In this document: piece after piece, positions 22,541-35,682 of the stretch
Layout of the letters: every line of letters begins with the position of its first letter
How positions within the stretch are numbered: the stretch's first letter is position 1
Source of the DNA: Tubiluchus corallicola
Lineage: Eukaryota; Animalia; Priapulida
Length of the DNA: 64,000 bases
Assembly (NCBI GenBank): GCA_030141605.1
Contig: JAQGDQ010000082.1
Coordinates: 62,001 to 126,000, forward strand
Reading direction: 5' to 3'
Notes under the pieces: generated by a model
The model's database searches: none
The model's input: only the letters and a program-made list of their open reading frames with translations
Told to the model about the DNA's origin: nothing
Program-made: the position numbers and the translations under genes

Positions 22541-24267
22541 GACTTTTATATTGTTTTTTTTACTATTCTGCTTGTTTCGCCGTCCGGCATTCGAATGCAA
22601 GAGGATACTTTCTTTCAGGTAAGATTCGTTAGTAAAGCCCGCAGTTATAAAGCTTTAATGCTCCTCGCGTAAAAGATCTTACTAATGAGGAGCTCCACAT
22701 TTCTTTCGATGTTCGTGAGATCGGCAGTGATTGAACTTATAGGCAATCTCTGTGCAAAACTGTAATGCTCACTCTCGCTGGATTACCCAATGCTTCCCAC
22801 ATGTGAACGTTTATGAATTTAGACCCTTCCTAAAACTACGATTCGGAAGCCGCTGTTGAGTGTGAACAGGAAAAATTTCCACGCTGTTTGTGCAGCTGTG
22901 ACGTTGTCATAATTGCATGAAATTTCTGTGAAAATAGAACTTATATCGATCATCAAAGATTTGATTCATAAATGAAAGGTTTAATTAGCTGCTTTCTGAA
23001 TGGCTTTTTGCTGCGCTGCCACAAAGTTATAGCATAAATTCTCATACTATAGCTCTTTCTATTACAGGAAATTAAACTATTGAAGTACCTGCTTACTGCC
23101 AATATGGATTTTGTGAAAAACATGAATTCGGTAAGTGCGAATGTTATGAATTAACTAATTTTGTGCAACAAGCCATGTTCTTTTTACTTGAAGCAATGTT
23201 CTTTGTCCATTGCGTGTAGACTTAGCAAAAGTAAAACTTTGGGGAGCGTTTTGACCCACAAGTACGTGGATCATTCCTTAGTATGACTCTAGACAAATTA
23301 AAATGTGAATCATTCTGTTTTGGTCTGTCAAATAAACCACTTACTACTTCAGTTGATGGTGATAATAATAAATATATTAACGATTTATTTAATAATATTA
23401 ACGATTCAGAATTATTGATACAAACCAATCCAGTTATATTCCTGCAAGAGCCGATTTGGCCCTTCTTCTAATTTTCTGAGATTAAATCCTACTAATCAAC
23501 TTTTGGAACCGACAAATTCTAAGTTATAAGCCATCAGGCGGTCAAAAATAACTTTTGGAAGAAATTTCTTTTTTCTTTTTTATTTAATGTACTCATACTA
23601 TGCAGAACTAGCCGTATAACTATAACGTATATTGGTCGTTGAACGTATAGGCACCAAAGAACAAAAGAAAAGAGGCAGTTCACAATTTAAAACAAGTTGT
23701 CACAAACTAGGTATAATCTTATGCGCATGCAAGAACGATGTACTATATAAGTAGGGCGACATGTGCAAAATTAACGCAAAATTTAAGGCTTTGGCTGATT
23801 GCATACCTGCACTGTACTATGTTAATGTAAATAAAACGTAGGCGCAGGGTGTTGATTATCAAGCGAAACTGTAATCACAGTTTCGTGTCCAGATTATTTG
23901 CGTTGCATGAAGCCTTCATGATGCAGGTGTTTAGCGTTGTTTACTAAACATGATGCCACACAATAATGTTGTGTACTTGCGGAAAACTTATAATTATTAA
24001 CAGTTCATAAAATCTGGTTTCCTTTGTAAATTGGTTTTCCTTTATAAAAACTGTTTCCGACACCATGCATTTTTTCTCTCTCTGGTATTAATTTCGTCCT
24101 TACTTTTTCTAAACTGGTGTAATTCTTCAGCTGCAGAAATGTCACGAACCAAAGGTACAACACCTGCTCTTATAGTTACAGCTCACAACATTGATGCTTA
24201 TTTTGGATCTGGAATTCTTAAGTATTTCTTCTCAGAAATAACTGTTTCGCAGAAAATAAAGTTCAAA

Positions 24268-24337
24268 TTTCAATCTTTTGAGTTTATGTTTCAATTTATG
24301 TTTCAATCTTTTGAGTTTATGTTTCAATTTATGTTTC
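24268..24337 (+). repeat. Perfect 33-bp tandem duplication
   Basis: TTTCAATCTTTTGAGTTTATGTTTCAATTTATG x2. Confidence 0.95.
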
Positions 24338-27014
24338 GAAGTTGGCGAACAAGTGTTTCAAGCCAAGAGTTCTGCATGCAACAGCTATACTGGAAACATT
24401 GTGACTACCACTAATGATCCGCCCAACACTGGAACAAAAGGTCAAGTAAGGGTCATGCACTTGAGAAGTCTGTACTTCTAATACGATCACAAACGAGCAC
24501 ATAGAAGAATCACTTTTAATTCAACGAATAGGCAATAGTTCAATTATAGGAAGTCATATCTCTAGCTTTCTTATAAGAGCAAAAGCCGCCAGATGTATGA
24601 CTGAACATACGTTAAATAAAAATAAGGGGGGGGGGAATAACGGCAGTGGCTATTCAGATATGCAACTTATTCAAAACTAGAAATGTGTCACAAAGCCTGA
24701 CCCGCCGCCTATATAACCCATCAACATTATGGTGACCCGTATAATGGTATATCTAACTCATGTTAACTTATTTATAATTGAACAATTTAAATTTCAATGT
24801 AAGAAATCATAGAAAAATTCTAATTTATAAATAATTCTGGTAAAATTTTGTTCGGCCATGTTACTTTTAAAAAGTAACAATACATGGCCATTTTGACAAA
24901 AACAGCTTCAAACAAAAAGTCAGTTAAATTCTAGTAGTTTTTGTAATTGGGAGAATTCTTCCTATTGACTGCTAAGGACGTAGCACAGCCACAAAGTTGT
25001 CAAAACGAGCCAGAAACAATTAGTAAAAGCGGCAATGTAAAGTTGGCACCAAACAAAAGCTTCGCTTCAACAGAAGAAACTGTTAGTGTTTTACTTGTCA
25101 GGCATTGAATCTGGCAGTTCTATTCTTGATTTCTAACAATTTTACGTGAGCGTACCACAATGGCCGTCAAGTGGATGTCACGAAGATTTCCGATTCAGAC
25201 GTTGGTTTGGCATAAATCTCTCTGAAGCGACAAGAATGTAAAGTAGACGTGAGAGAAAGAAACCAGAGTGTTCCTTGAATGTCACCGATGCTAACAATCA
25301 AGTTTAATGTAGATCCTTTACGTTTGATTGAATTACTTACACATCTCTAGCAATACTGACGTGATCCATAATGAACGAAGAAACAGGTCAAAGAGCCTCA
25401 TTTTGCAGACATACTCAGCAGTTAACTAAGAACATTAGAATTTTCTGAACTGTAAGTTGAACTGTGCTTTCTGTATATTACTGGGGTTATTCTTGAGTCT
25501 GGAAAGTTGTGATTCGAAGTTAGATAAGACATCAGATAAAATGTTCAAAATGCCTTGTGTTTTGGCAAGATTTGTGTAAGACATGGAGACCAATAATTGC
25601 TTTGGGTTCATAATGTCAAAGTCACGTGTCTGTCTGCAAAATAAAATCAAAACAGATGAATTTTAATCACCAAGCTTAGCACAGGGATAAGTTTAGTCAA
25701 GATATGGAAAGTTGTTGTTTTTTGGTTCAATGGTTACAGGTCAAATTTACAATGTAAACATGTCAAAATACGTCTGCCTGCACGAAAAAATCAAAACGCA
25801 TGAACGGAATCAAAACTACCAAAATTATTTATGTACACTGTAATCACTAAACAGTGGCATGAAATTAGGCAAAAGTGGAAATCTGTTCACTGAAAAAAAA
25901 CTGAAAACTGGCTCAAACAGTCAAAGGTCAAGGTAGCAAGTCGCAAAATTGTTTGAATAAATCTTTGCCCGTTTTGACTTCATGTGAATCCCTCGGATAT
26001 GTAACGCTTTTTACTAGGTGCCCTTTAGTTTTTGTTGTTTTGATATGAACCATTTCATTAAGGAGTCCTGCATTACACCCACACCCAAAGGTGCAACCCA
26101 AATGACTCGTGACCTACTGGCTCATTTCTAGCTTGCAAGTCAGATGCATGTCATTAAATGTGTTCGCCTTTTGTGTACATAGTATATTCTGCCTAATAAT
26201 ACACAATTTATTCACAAAGAAGGTACCACTTTTCTTCATAGTAATGAAGACAGAAACGTACCTGACGTGAATGTGCTCACGTAGTATTTGTCACTGGCAT
26301 TATACAGGTATGACTACTCACTATAATAAGTGACTATAATAATAACCATTACCATCGTATATGATATAAAAAGTGATCCTTCCATAGATCCTTCAACAGA
26401 AACCATTACATATGACGCAACAAACATGGTCGCACTATGAAATTAGGATAATGAGTAGTGACGTCAATAACAAAATAACTATAGTTGAGCCTGTTGGTTA
26501 CATATAGGTAAATGACACGTTAATATAATTCCCGTATTCAAAGTAATTTGATCTCAGTATTAACACATGTCTTTGCATTTTCTTATTCTGCGAGTACTAC
26601 TATTAGCGTACTACAAATGATGTGCGTAATACAATGGGATTGTAACTATTTACATTTAATTTACATCTATAATATATATAAGCCACACGTAACAGTGACT
26701 TGCATCTTAAAACACGTCAGGCGAAAACCTGCACAATTTTTTTAAGTTCTATAAAAACAGGTTTCCAAATAGTCGCCTTCTCAAAAGAGATGGTGATCAA
26801 GTCCAGTGAAGATAAACTTTCACTAAAGACTAAAATAAATTTCTCTTAGATTTGATTATAGTGCGTCATCCATATGTTTAGCACATTTTAGTCATGATAT
26901 GCGGAATTATTATTCCATTACGAATTGTGATTTGAGATGTGTCAGTTTTTACACTGAGTCGTTTGAACATCCACTAATGAATTTTAATACGTTTTCCTCT
27001 AATGCTTGATGAGT

Positions 27015-27087
27015 ATACTACTACTGCTGCTGCTGGTGACCACCACCACCACCACCGCCACCGCCACCGCCGCCGCCGCCTAGTAAT

Positions 27088-27160
<73 letters not shown>

Positions 27161-27182
27161 CACTACTACTACTGCCACTACG

Positions 27183-27219
<37 letters not shown>

Positions 27220-27223
27220 GTAG

Positions 27224-27283
<60 letters not shown>

Positions 27284-27302
27284 CACCACCACCACCACCA
27301 CC

Positions 27303-27366
<64 letters not shown>
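27015..27366 (+). repeat. Compound (CTA)n/(CCA)n/(CCG)n microsatellite
   Basis: Directly visible; generates the poly-Y, poly-S/G and poly-V ORFs. Confidence 0.97.
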
Positions 27367-29410
27367 AATTGCAGTATTAATTTAGCATATTCGATATTAA
27401 TAAATACGAGTTCTTGATTTGTTGTGTAATACGCTTGATTTAAAGCCATTGTTGTTCGACAGTTGCTGTCGTTTAATTTCCAGGCTACAGGAAGTTCAAT
27501 ATAAAGCTTGCTGTTTATGTTGAAAGCGTTTGAAAACGTTTTTGCTTGCGTTTAATTAAAAATTGACGCTTTAAGAAGACAGCCTATCGACAGGGTGAAA
27601 TCCACATATCAAAGAAAAAGGCAATAAAAAACTTTCTGTGTAGTACGTTTAAGACTAAAATGTTTATTTTGTTGCCATAATGCACACATTCTGTATTAAG
27701 CGTAATACAGTAAATGTATAATTATCTATTTCGAATAATTAGAATGTACGTTTAATCCCTTCGATTAACCAGGCGTAGGTTTGTATGACGTTCTGCTATG
27801 CTAAATCTGAAGCATCCGAAAGTCAATCGTAGCCTAAATGTTATGATAACTGTTATTAATGGTAGTAATGCGGTAAACTTCGCTAATGTGAGATGAGTCA
27901 TTAATAATTCGAAGCATAAGGCACGTGAAAATAACAAAAATAAAAGTGAATGCGGTATATGTGTATTTCCAAAATACTGTTGATATACTGGCCAAGTCTG
28001 GATGACTGTTTACCACACAGACAATTTCTAAAGTGGAGGACGAGATAAACTGGAAACACGGGAAAAATATTTTTTGAAAATAAATTAACCCTAAAAAATA
28101 GAAATATACAGAAAATGAGATGAACTGTTTCATAAGTGATACCCCACAACAATAATATATTCCTATTATATACTCCTTATATATGTTTAAAAGATGAAAA
28201 ATCTAAAATAGGTCGCTCGAGGTAGTGACAATCGCGGTGGCGACAGTGACGATGACGACAACAGTGATAATGACGATGACAGTGATGATTTTACTTTCTC
28301 AGATAACTTACCATTTAGTTTCTGGGTTCTACTCTTGAAATATTTATTTTTGTGTCAGACATTATGCTACCAGGTTAATAGTGACTACCAGTAAACTGGG
28401 CGATTCCAGTGTTATTGTATGCAGTAAGATTAGCGACAAATGTTTATATTACCATGACCTCCTAAACACACCGAAACTATCTATATCCATTCAGGGCTTC
28501 GCGGGGAAATTTTTTAGCAGTCATACTCGCGCTCACAGTACCCTGCTTACCGTGCCCTAGAACTACTGGTAAATAGAAATGAGTTATATTGCAAGTGTGG
28601 AAAGGTGGAGAAAGTGAAGATAAGAAGGAGAGTGTAATTGATTCAGTTATTTTCTATGTGATTGAGAATTTCATGAAACAAGCACGCTAGCTGGCATCCA
28701 AAACTACAGGGCCTTAAAGTAGTCTCTATGTGCGCGTAATGCGTGATGCGTGATCTGTATTCACTCGAACGTGATTGCTGTTGTCCGAATGCACATCACG
28801 CAGCAATATGCAGACAGGAAACTGTCCCACTGTTTAGGTGATATGGCGAGCTTTTAAGTTTCTGGTGACCATTTTCGCTGAGTGGGCGGTAATTAAGACT
28901 CTCAGGGTCTGCAAAGTGTTGACTCTGGCAATGTGTCTGTTTGAAAGCTTCACTGAGATCAGCCCCTGCAGCACAGCTTTGATTATGAGAGCTTTCTTCA
29001 TATCAGCCCTGTCGCACCGCTACTGGCTAGGCTTGGCATTGATTTCAAAAGATTACGCTTCATTTACTCTGGTTGCAAACATGGAATTACATCTTTTAGA
29101 TAAAGAGATTGTGCTTAAACCAGCCTATAAATAGGACTTTCCATAAATAAACACGTTTAACAACTCACTCATTTCTTTAGCTCAGGAACCAACCAATATA
29201 ATAACGTAAAGCAATCTCAAAATTGGCAAAACCAGGCTAGCGACTTACACTATTAGGTAACGTACCACGAGAAGCTGAAGCTTGCAAATCTAGTTTTCTT
29301 TTCCATGCTGGCTACTGATTCCTACATAAAAATTAAAGAATTCATATTTTTCTATCTTTTGGGGGGTATAGTTAGTTTTGGTAGTTTGCGGCTATTTCAG
29401 TATTATTAAG

Positions 29411-30462
29411 GCACTTTCACACAAACGTAACAACAGCAACCTGGCACCATAGAAATCATCACAACGTGAATATCACCAGTAACATCCTGAACGCTATCAC
29501 GCATAGAGCAAGTGTTAAACACAAACGTTATCTGTACAATCATTGTAACAACGCCGGAGTACTATCAGTTGTTATAACGTCAAAACGACACGAAATAATT
29601 TTTCTGCTTACAAACGTTGTGAAGGTCTGATCGCAAAAATTAACGACAAGTATTACAATTTTTTTCGATTAAGGAAACGTGTTTTATCAAAATCAAGAGC
29701 AAATTAATATCGTAGTTAAAGCTGTATTTATAACATCTGCCAAATTAGCAACAAACATTATTACTTGGCTCTTGTACAACAAAAGCCTATATATTTGGTA
29801 TATGTACGTTCTTTAAAGTTGTTGTTGTTGTTGTTGTTGTTGTTCTTGTTACTACTGCTACTGCTGTTGCTGTTATATCTGCAATGGCCTGACTTCAAAC
29901 GTTTGTAAGCTGCATGCTCACTGGTTGGGTTTAAAAACGTGGTTTAGTAACCTTCAGTCTCATTTGTCAGATTTAAAACTGGGCATGACTTGAAGTTTTG
30001 TAAGAGGCGTTCTCATTGGTCGGGCTTAAAACTGGGCGTGACATAAAGGTTTTGCCATCTGCATTCTTATTAAATCGGAATTAAAAATATAATTTAATAA
30101 CCTGCATTTCATAGTTTTATCCATAATCTTTTAACTAGCCATTCTTATCCGTAAAATGTCTATCTGTGCTGTATATACATTTTATCCTGTTTTTTTTATA
30201 TTTTATACTTTCTTGTAAATATCTTAATTTTTTTCATAGACTATTAAACTATTCCCATTAGTTGAATTTAACACTGAGCGCGGCTACGGATTTTAGAATG
30301 CCGCATTCTCATTAGTGATATTTGAAACTTGGCGCAACTTCGATCAGGCTTTAGTTGCATTCTCTTTGATCCTGTTTATAAAATTGGCCTCATCAGTTTT
30401 ATAACATTGTCTGCGAGCTATACAACGTTTGTTGTTGTTATAACGTCTGTGTGTGTAACAGC
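29411..30462. mobile_element. ~1.05-kb MITE-like element with internal ~50-bp degenerate tandem units
   Basis: Left GCACTTTCACACAAACGTAACAACAGCAAC versus right-end reverse complement GCTGTTACACACACAGACGTTATAACAACAAC; internal units like GCATTCTCATTGGTCGGGCTTAAAACTGGGCGTGAC at 29900-30390. Confidence 0.55.
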
Positions 30463-31741
30463 AAGCTCAGTTAACAACATCGTGTACTGATTGAATGTTA
30501 GCTCAGCAAAGCTGCTAACTAGTTTGATCAGCAAAGAATGACTGGTTTTTTAAAGTGCGAACAAAATTCTTAATTTGTCTTGTTGGCGCACATTTGTATG
30601 AATACATTTAAATTTTTGTAGATCCAGCTTTACTACATTTTGGCAACTCATGTAAAAAGCAGATTTCCCGAGAAGGCATTCAGAAACATTTCCCATTTGG
30701 TTTACGTCCGTCGTCAGAAACCAGCCTTGGTGTAACCAGTCCTATTGCTAAACACGATTTAACTTCGTACGCCATAAACCGTTTAGCCTAGCAAGAAGCC
30801 AGTAATGTTGTGTTCAACAAAGCGCAGTTTAATAAAATAATGAACCATGTCGAACAAACCATTAATTTAACTGTGACATCAATTGTTGCGGCAAGTGAAG
30901 TTTCTCGACTGACTGATTAATAATGGAAAGAATTTATTGGTCTCGCGATGCTTATATATTCCCCTGGATGGCACGGGTGTAGGGCAAGCGATGACGGATA
31001 GCACGCCTGCTTTTGAGAATGTTATTGAGGAAGCCGTTAACTGATGGATGTGTTGGACACGGTAAAGGCTGAACCTTGCGGCAGATTCTTGCATATTTTC
31101 TTGATGAAGCATTTTGACGGACGTGTTGGACACAGAGCGTGGCAAACTCAGAGATGTCAAATTATTTAAAACTAGTTCTGAGTCCTGTTTTTAGTGGAAC
31201 GTGAAATCACGTAAGTAGTAAATATGTTTATTTCTAAATACAGTACCAATGCAGACAATCCAGATTTGTCGACATTCCATGGTGTTTTTCAATGAGTTAG
31301 TGACGGGATGAGGCAAATGTGAACATTGTTCTCATTTACTAAGAGTAAGTGAATAGATTTGTTCTGCATAAAATTTGCCAGGTTACATAAGTTGTCGTCT
31401 TGTTCCACTTCTAATAATTACAGTCATAATCGTCAACGATGCATTTTAATGGCCGGGCAGATTATTCGGAAAACGCTAAAACGCATTGATTGTCCTATGT
31501 TTAAAGCGAAAGAAGACATGTGATAAATCTTTGTGCATGAAAACTAACCTGCTATTGCATCGCAAATTAAATTGACAAACACGTGAGGCTTGTGAGCATA
31601 CCTTTATTGAGGCACAAAGTGTTTCTTGGCTTGTGGGTATTTGCAGGGATAGCAAAAAATAGCGGTATTAATGAAGGTTTAACTGAATGACTCTCGCTGC
31701 GGTATGATTAATGAGTTCTTTCCAAATAATAGTAAGATTCA

Positions 31742-32222
31742 TTAAAGGGGAAGAAAAAGCAAATTTAAAGTATGTCCCAAAAAACTTCCCACACAAAATT
31801 ATATTACTTTGTTCTTACGCTAACCTGATTGAAAGACTTGTGTAACTAGAGAAGAAAAATATTCGCGCAACTTGGTAAGGCGGCACTTACATCCCAGGGT
31901 GCACCACTAATTCAGCAAAAATGCATTGTTAATCTTATGAACAATATAAAGTAACAAAACGTTTGCTTAGCTAGGGAAGAGTATGTTACGAATGCTCTGA
32001 ATATTTTTTCAAGCTCAATGCATTGCTATCTAAACTTGCTTCAAACTACTTATCGTCAAATGGCAGCGCCTAACGGTTACCGTAGGAGTTGAAATTTCAG
32101 TTTTTATACAGCGTCATCGCGAGTACAAGCTCTGTGTGCCGTAAGACAGTACATAGGAAATAGAAAATCTGACGACGAATTTTTTTTAGCTTTATGTGAG
32201 TAAATGTTTTTTCGTACTTTGA
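31742..32222 (-). mobile_element. TTAA-bounded element family, copy 3
   Basis: TTAA-AGGGGAAGAAAA...TTCGTACT-TTGA; reverse complement collinear with copy 1. Confidence 0.75.
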
Positions 32223-34658
32223 GCAATGAGGGATTAATTAGCTACTAATTTTGTCGGAAAAATGTCGACTTCTAAACAACCTTCAATCTTGAAAGAAACT
32301 TCAAATCTCCATTTATCAAAAATTCATTTTATATCACTTTATAGATGCCACCTTTTCACGTAATGTTGCTCTGTTAGGCAAATACATATCGCTGTTTTTA
32401 ACAGTCAGAAACGCCTTTGTTTTACAGTTTATACTCCAACCAAATGCAGACAGCCATTTTTTGGCTTTTTGATAATTTTTTGAAAAAAGGAATTATCTTT
32501 CGATACAGCTTCTTGCGCGAATTGGAAATTCGTTGTACAATATTGTTAACGTGAACCGAATTTTTGCTTCTTTTACTTGAGCTCAATTTATTTCAGTTCA
32601 CAGGTTTCGATTTCCAAGAGTGTTTAGGGTTACTTCGTGTGGGAGAGCGTCAGAAATCAAGTGATATGTTTGCAACATCACAACCCGTTAACAACCTCGC
32701 TCGTGTTGAAGCAGGAGATTTTTTCGCTTCTCTAAGTGTAGGGTGCGTTCAGCTTTAAATCAGCTTAACTTCTGCACGCGTTAACGAATGTGGTTTAATG
32801 CAACTGTTGTGTATAGCAGCGAAATTTAAGCTGACAAGCAAATTTGCGACAATGAGTTTTTGATGATTGCGGGAGATTCAGAAAATTGTTGAAAATTGTA
32901 AGTAATTCGCTCCTGGTTAGTAATTCAGTATTCGTGTATGGTTATACACCATATAATTATTGTTATTTCCTTGATTCGGGCCACCAAGTTTTACATTTAA
33001 CTATATTTTAACACCATTTAATTAATGCGTTCTTTTTCATTGACTGGATTGTTTTACTAATTTGTAATGTTGGAGATAAATACATCAGGAAAACAGAACT
33101 GCGTCTATTATGTAAAATTCATTAGGTTTTCGCATGTGAGCGGACTCGAGGGGACGGCGAGTGAGTATCCTCCCCTCCAAAAAAGTCCACTCCATATTGG
33201 CAAATGCCAGAAAAAATAAATGCATTTGAGCAAAGTGTGTGGATACATATGAATAAATGATAGATGAAAATCGACTTCAATTTTCCAAAATTTACGAAAA
33301 ACGATCCGTGTTTTCATTGTTTTGTGAAACGTCTACAGATTCTCGCTATCGACTCTGACTGTTGATTTTTATTTTTAGACCTATTTAGGAATTTCATCAG
33401 ATTGTAAACGAGATTTATGGATTCCGACTTGTACAAGCAAATTTTTTTTAAAAATTACTATTATGACTTTTCACCGCAGATGGCGCCACAGTATTGTGTA
33501 ATAAACAGCATAGACCTAACTTTGTTTTTTATATTTTCGCACACACGTTACCGCAACATCATCTAGGGAAACCTGGAAAAGAGCGACGATATTCCCAGCT
33601 CAGTAGGATTAAGTTTTGTTCATAACTCAGTTAAATGACTCTCTGATAAACTTGATGATGAATGGGTTTCTCCAAAATGATTGTGAAGATTCTGCCGTTT
33701 GCGTAGTGATAATAAATTGCATTCTAACGATATTGTGTCAAGGTTAGTTGCAAAGTTATTCATGCGAAGCAAAGCATGTGTAGACAGGGTCGGTTGCCAT
33801 TGCAAAACATCGGCGAACAACATATAAGCATGTTATTTTATATTATTATGTCTTTGTCTCTGTTTCCTTGTGCTAGTGATATTTCGAGTATTGTTGCAAT
33901 TTTGTAATGTATTTGTCTGTTATAAAACATGTGACACATTTACGCGCCGGAAGCTCAAGGTTTAACTCCATAAAATGTTTGTTTCCTGCATATAACAATA
34001 CTGCGGTAGCCCAGGAAATATTTTTAATAATACAGTCACTACAGCAAACCTATATCAGCCTTAATCAGATGAAATTTGGTGAAGGTTTTTTTACTAGGGC
34101 TTAATACCGATGTTGAGGGTTGTGGCAGTAATGGAATCTTACTCATTATCAAATATAACCTGCTAAAATGAGACAACAAAGCACCAGTGAATCGTTGCTG
34201 AACAAAACAAACTATGTAACTATGGCAAAACGAAAGATATCCAGATACCATTTTTGTGGCAATTACCCATCCGTTTACGTACCGTTGTTTAACTTCTTAG
34301 TCCAGCAAGAACCGTGACCACTAAGCTATTCACCTCATAAGTTGCAGAAAAATTGTTTATCAAGAAACTCTGTAAAAATCATTGCTGACCAGCCACATAT
34401 GATGCTCAGAGACGTTTTAAAGTTCTCAGAGGATTTCTTAGAGATGTTACAATTGTTCTGCGGACTGCATGTCGTCAGCGAGTAGATTTCCTCTTATATA
34501 ATACGTGTTTACGTTGATTAATAGTATCTCTAGGCGAATCTTTCTTTCACAACATTACGCAACAGTTAGATTATCAGCCATATCATGATCACTGGGATTA
34601 AATTCCACACAAGTCATTTGGTGCATTGCATGATTTTTATAATGTTGCAAATTGCTAA

Positions 34659-35155
34659 TTAAAGTGGAAGAAAAAGAATTTTAAAGACTAGCCCAAAAAC
34701 TATCCACACAAAGTTATACTACTTAGTTACCCTTACCGATTTGAAAGACTTTTGTAACTAGAAAAGAACATTCTGTTCGCGCTAATTGGTAAAATGTCAC
34801 AAACTCACTTTCCCAGAGTGCATCACTGATTCACCAAAAACGCCTTTTTAATCTTATTGACAAGGTAAAGTAAGTTATCCTTTTGCTTAGTTAGTGATGT
34901 GTTCTGACGTGAGCCGTGCTAAGAACGTTCTGATTATTTTTTCACATTTTGCGCAATGTTATATAAACTGGTTCCAACAACTTACCGTCAAAATGGCTGC
35001 ACCTAACGTTTGTCGCGAAAGTTCAAATTTACAAGTTTTATATAGCATTGCTGCTAACGCAAGCTCCGTGCACAATAAAACAACATGTAAATGAGATAAA
35101 ATGTCAAGACGAATTTTTCTAGTTTTATGCAAGTAAAGGGTTTCTTGTGATTTAA
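34659..35155 (-). mobile_element. TTAA-bounded element family, copy 4
   Basis: TTAA at both ends (34659-34662 and 35152-35155); collinear with copy 3; a further partial copy in the opposite orientation lies at ~35380-35480. Confidence 0.75.
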
Positions 35156-35682
35156 AAGAAAAGATAACGTGCAGAGATGACATTCATGTACATTAGACGT
35201 TCCATTGCTGTAGTGCAGAAGTAGCAATACTTAAACACCATTATTTTTGTTCGTGTTAGTTTAATACGAACTTTGCTTAATAAGTTTAATTATCGTGTTA
35301 TAAAAAGTTTATATGTGAAGAAGGCCTCCATTTAAGTCAGCAGCATTTTGCCAATTGATGAAAACATTTTAAAAAATTAAAAATTTTCTTTTCTAGTTAC
35401 ATAAGTCTTCTAGTAGGTAAGCGAAAAGCTAGGTAATAATAAGTAATAGTAATATTTAACATTGCCTTTTCTTCCTCTGATTTACGTTGTGTGCAGGTGA
35501 CGTCATGTAACGGCGCTGTCGAAACAGTATTGCGGGAGATTTAAAATGAAGGCAAACAAAAATTCCTTTCTACGCGAGTACGATATGCGCATAAAATTGC
35601 TGTAAATTAATATAATTTTTTAAAGCTATTTTTCTGAAACCTACTTCAGGTACCCCTTTTCTTGTCCTTTAAGACTTCTTTA

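Noticed and set aside
23283-23471. 62-aa ORF as a gene
   Set aside because: No splice or homology support; at most a faint PLE-linker resemblance.
27002-27449. Poly-Tyr, poly-Ser/Gly and poly-Val ORFs
   Set aside because: Trinucleotide microsatellite artefacts.
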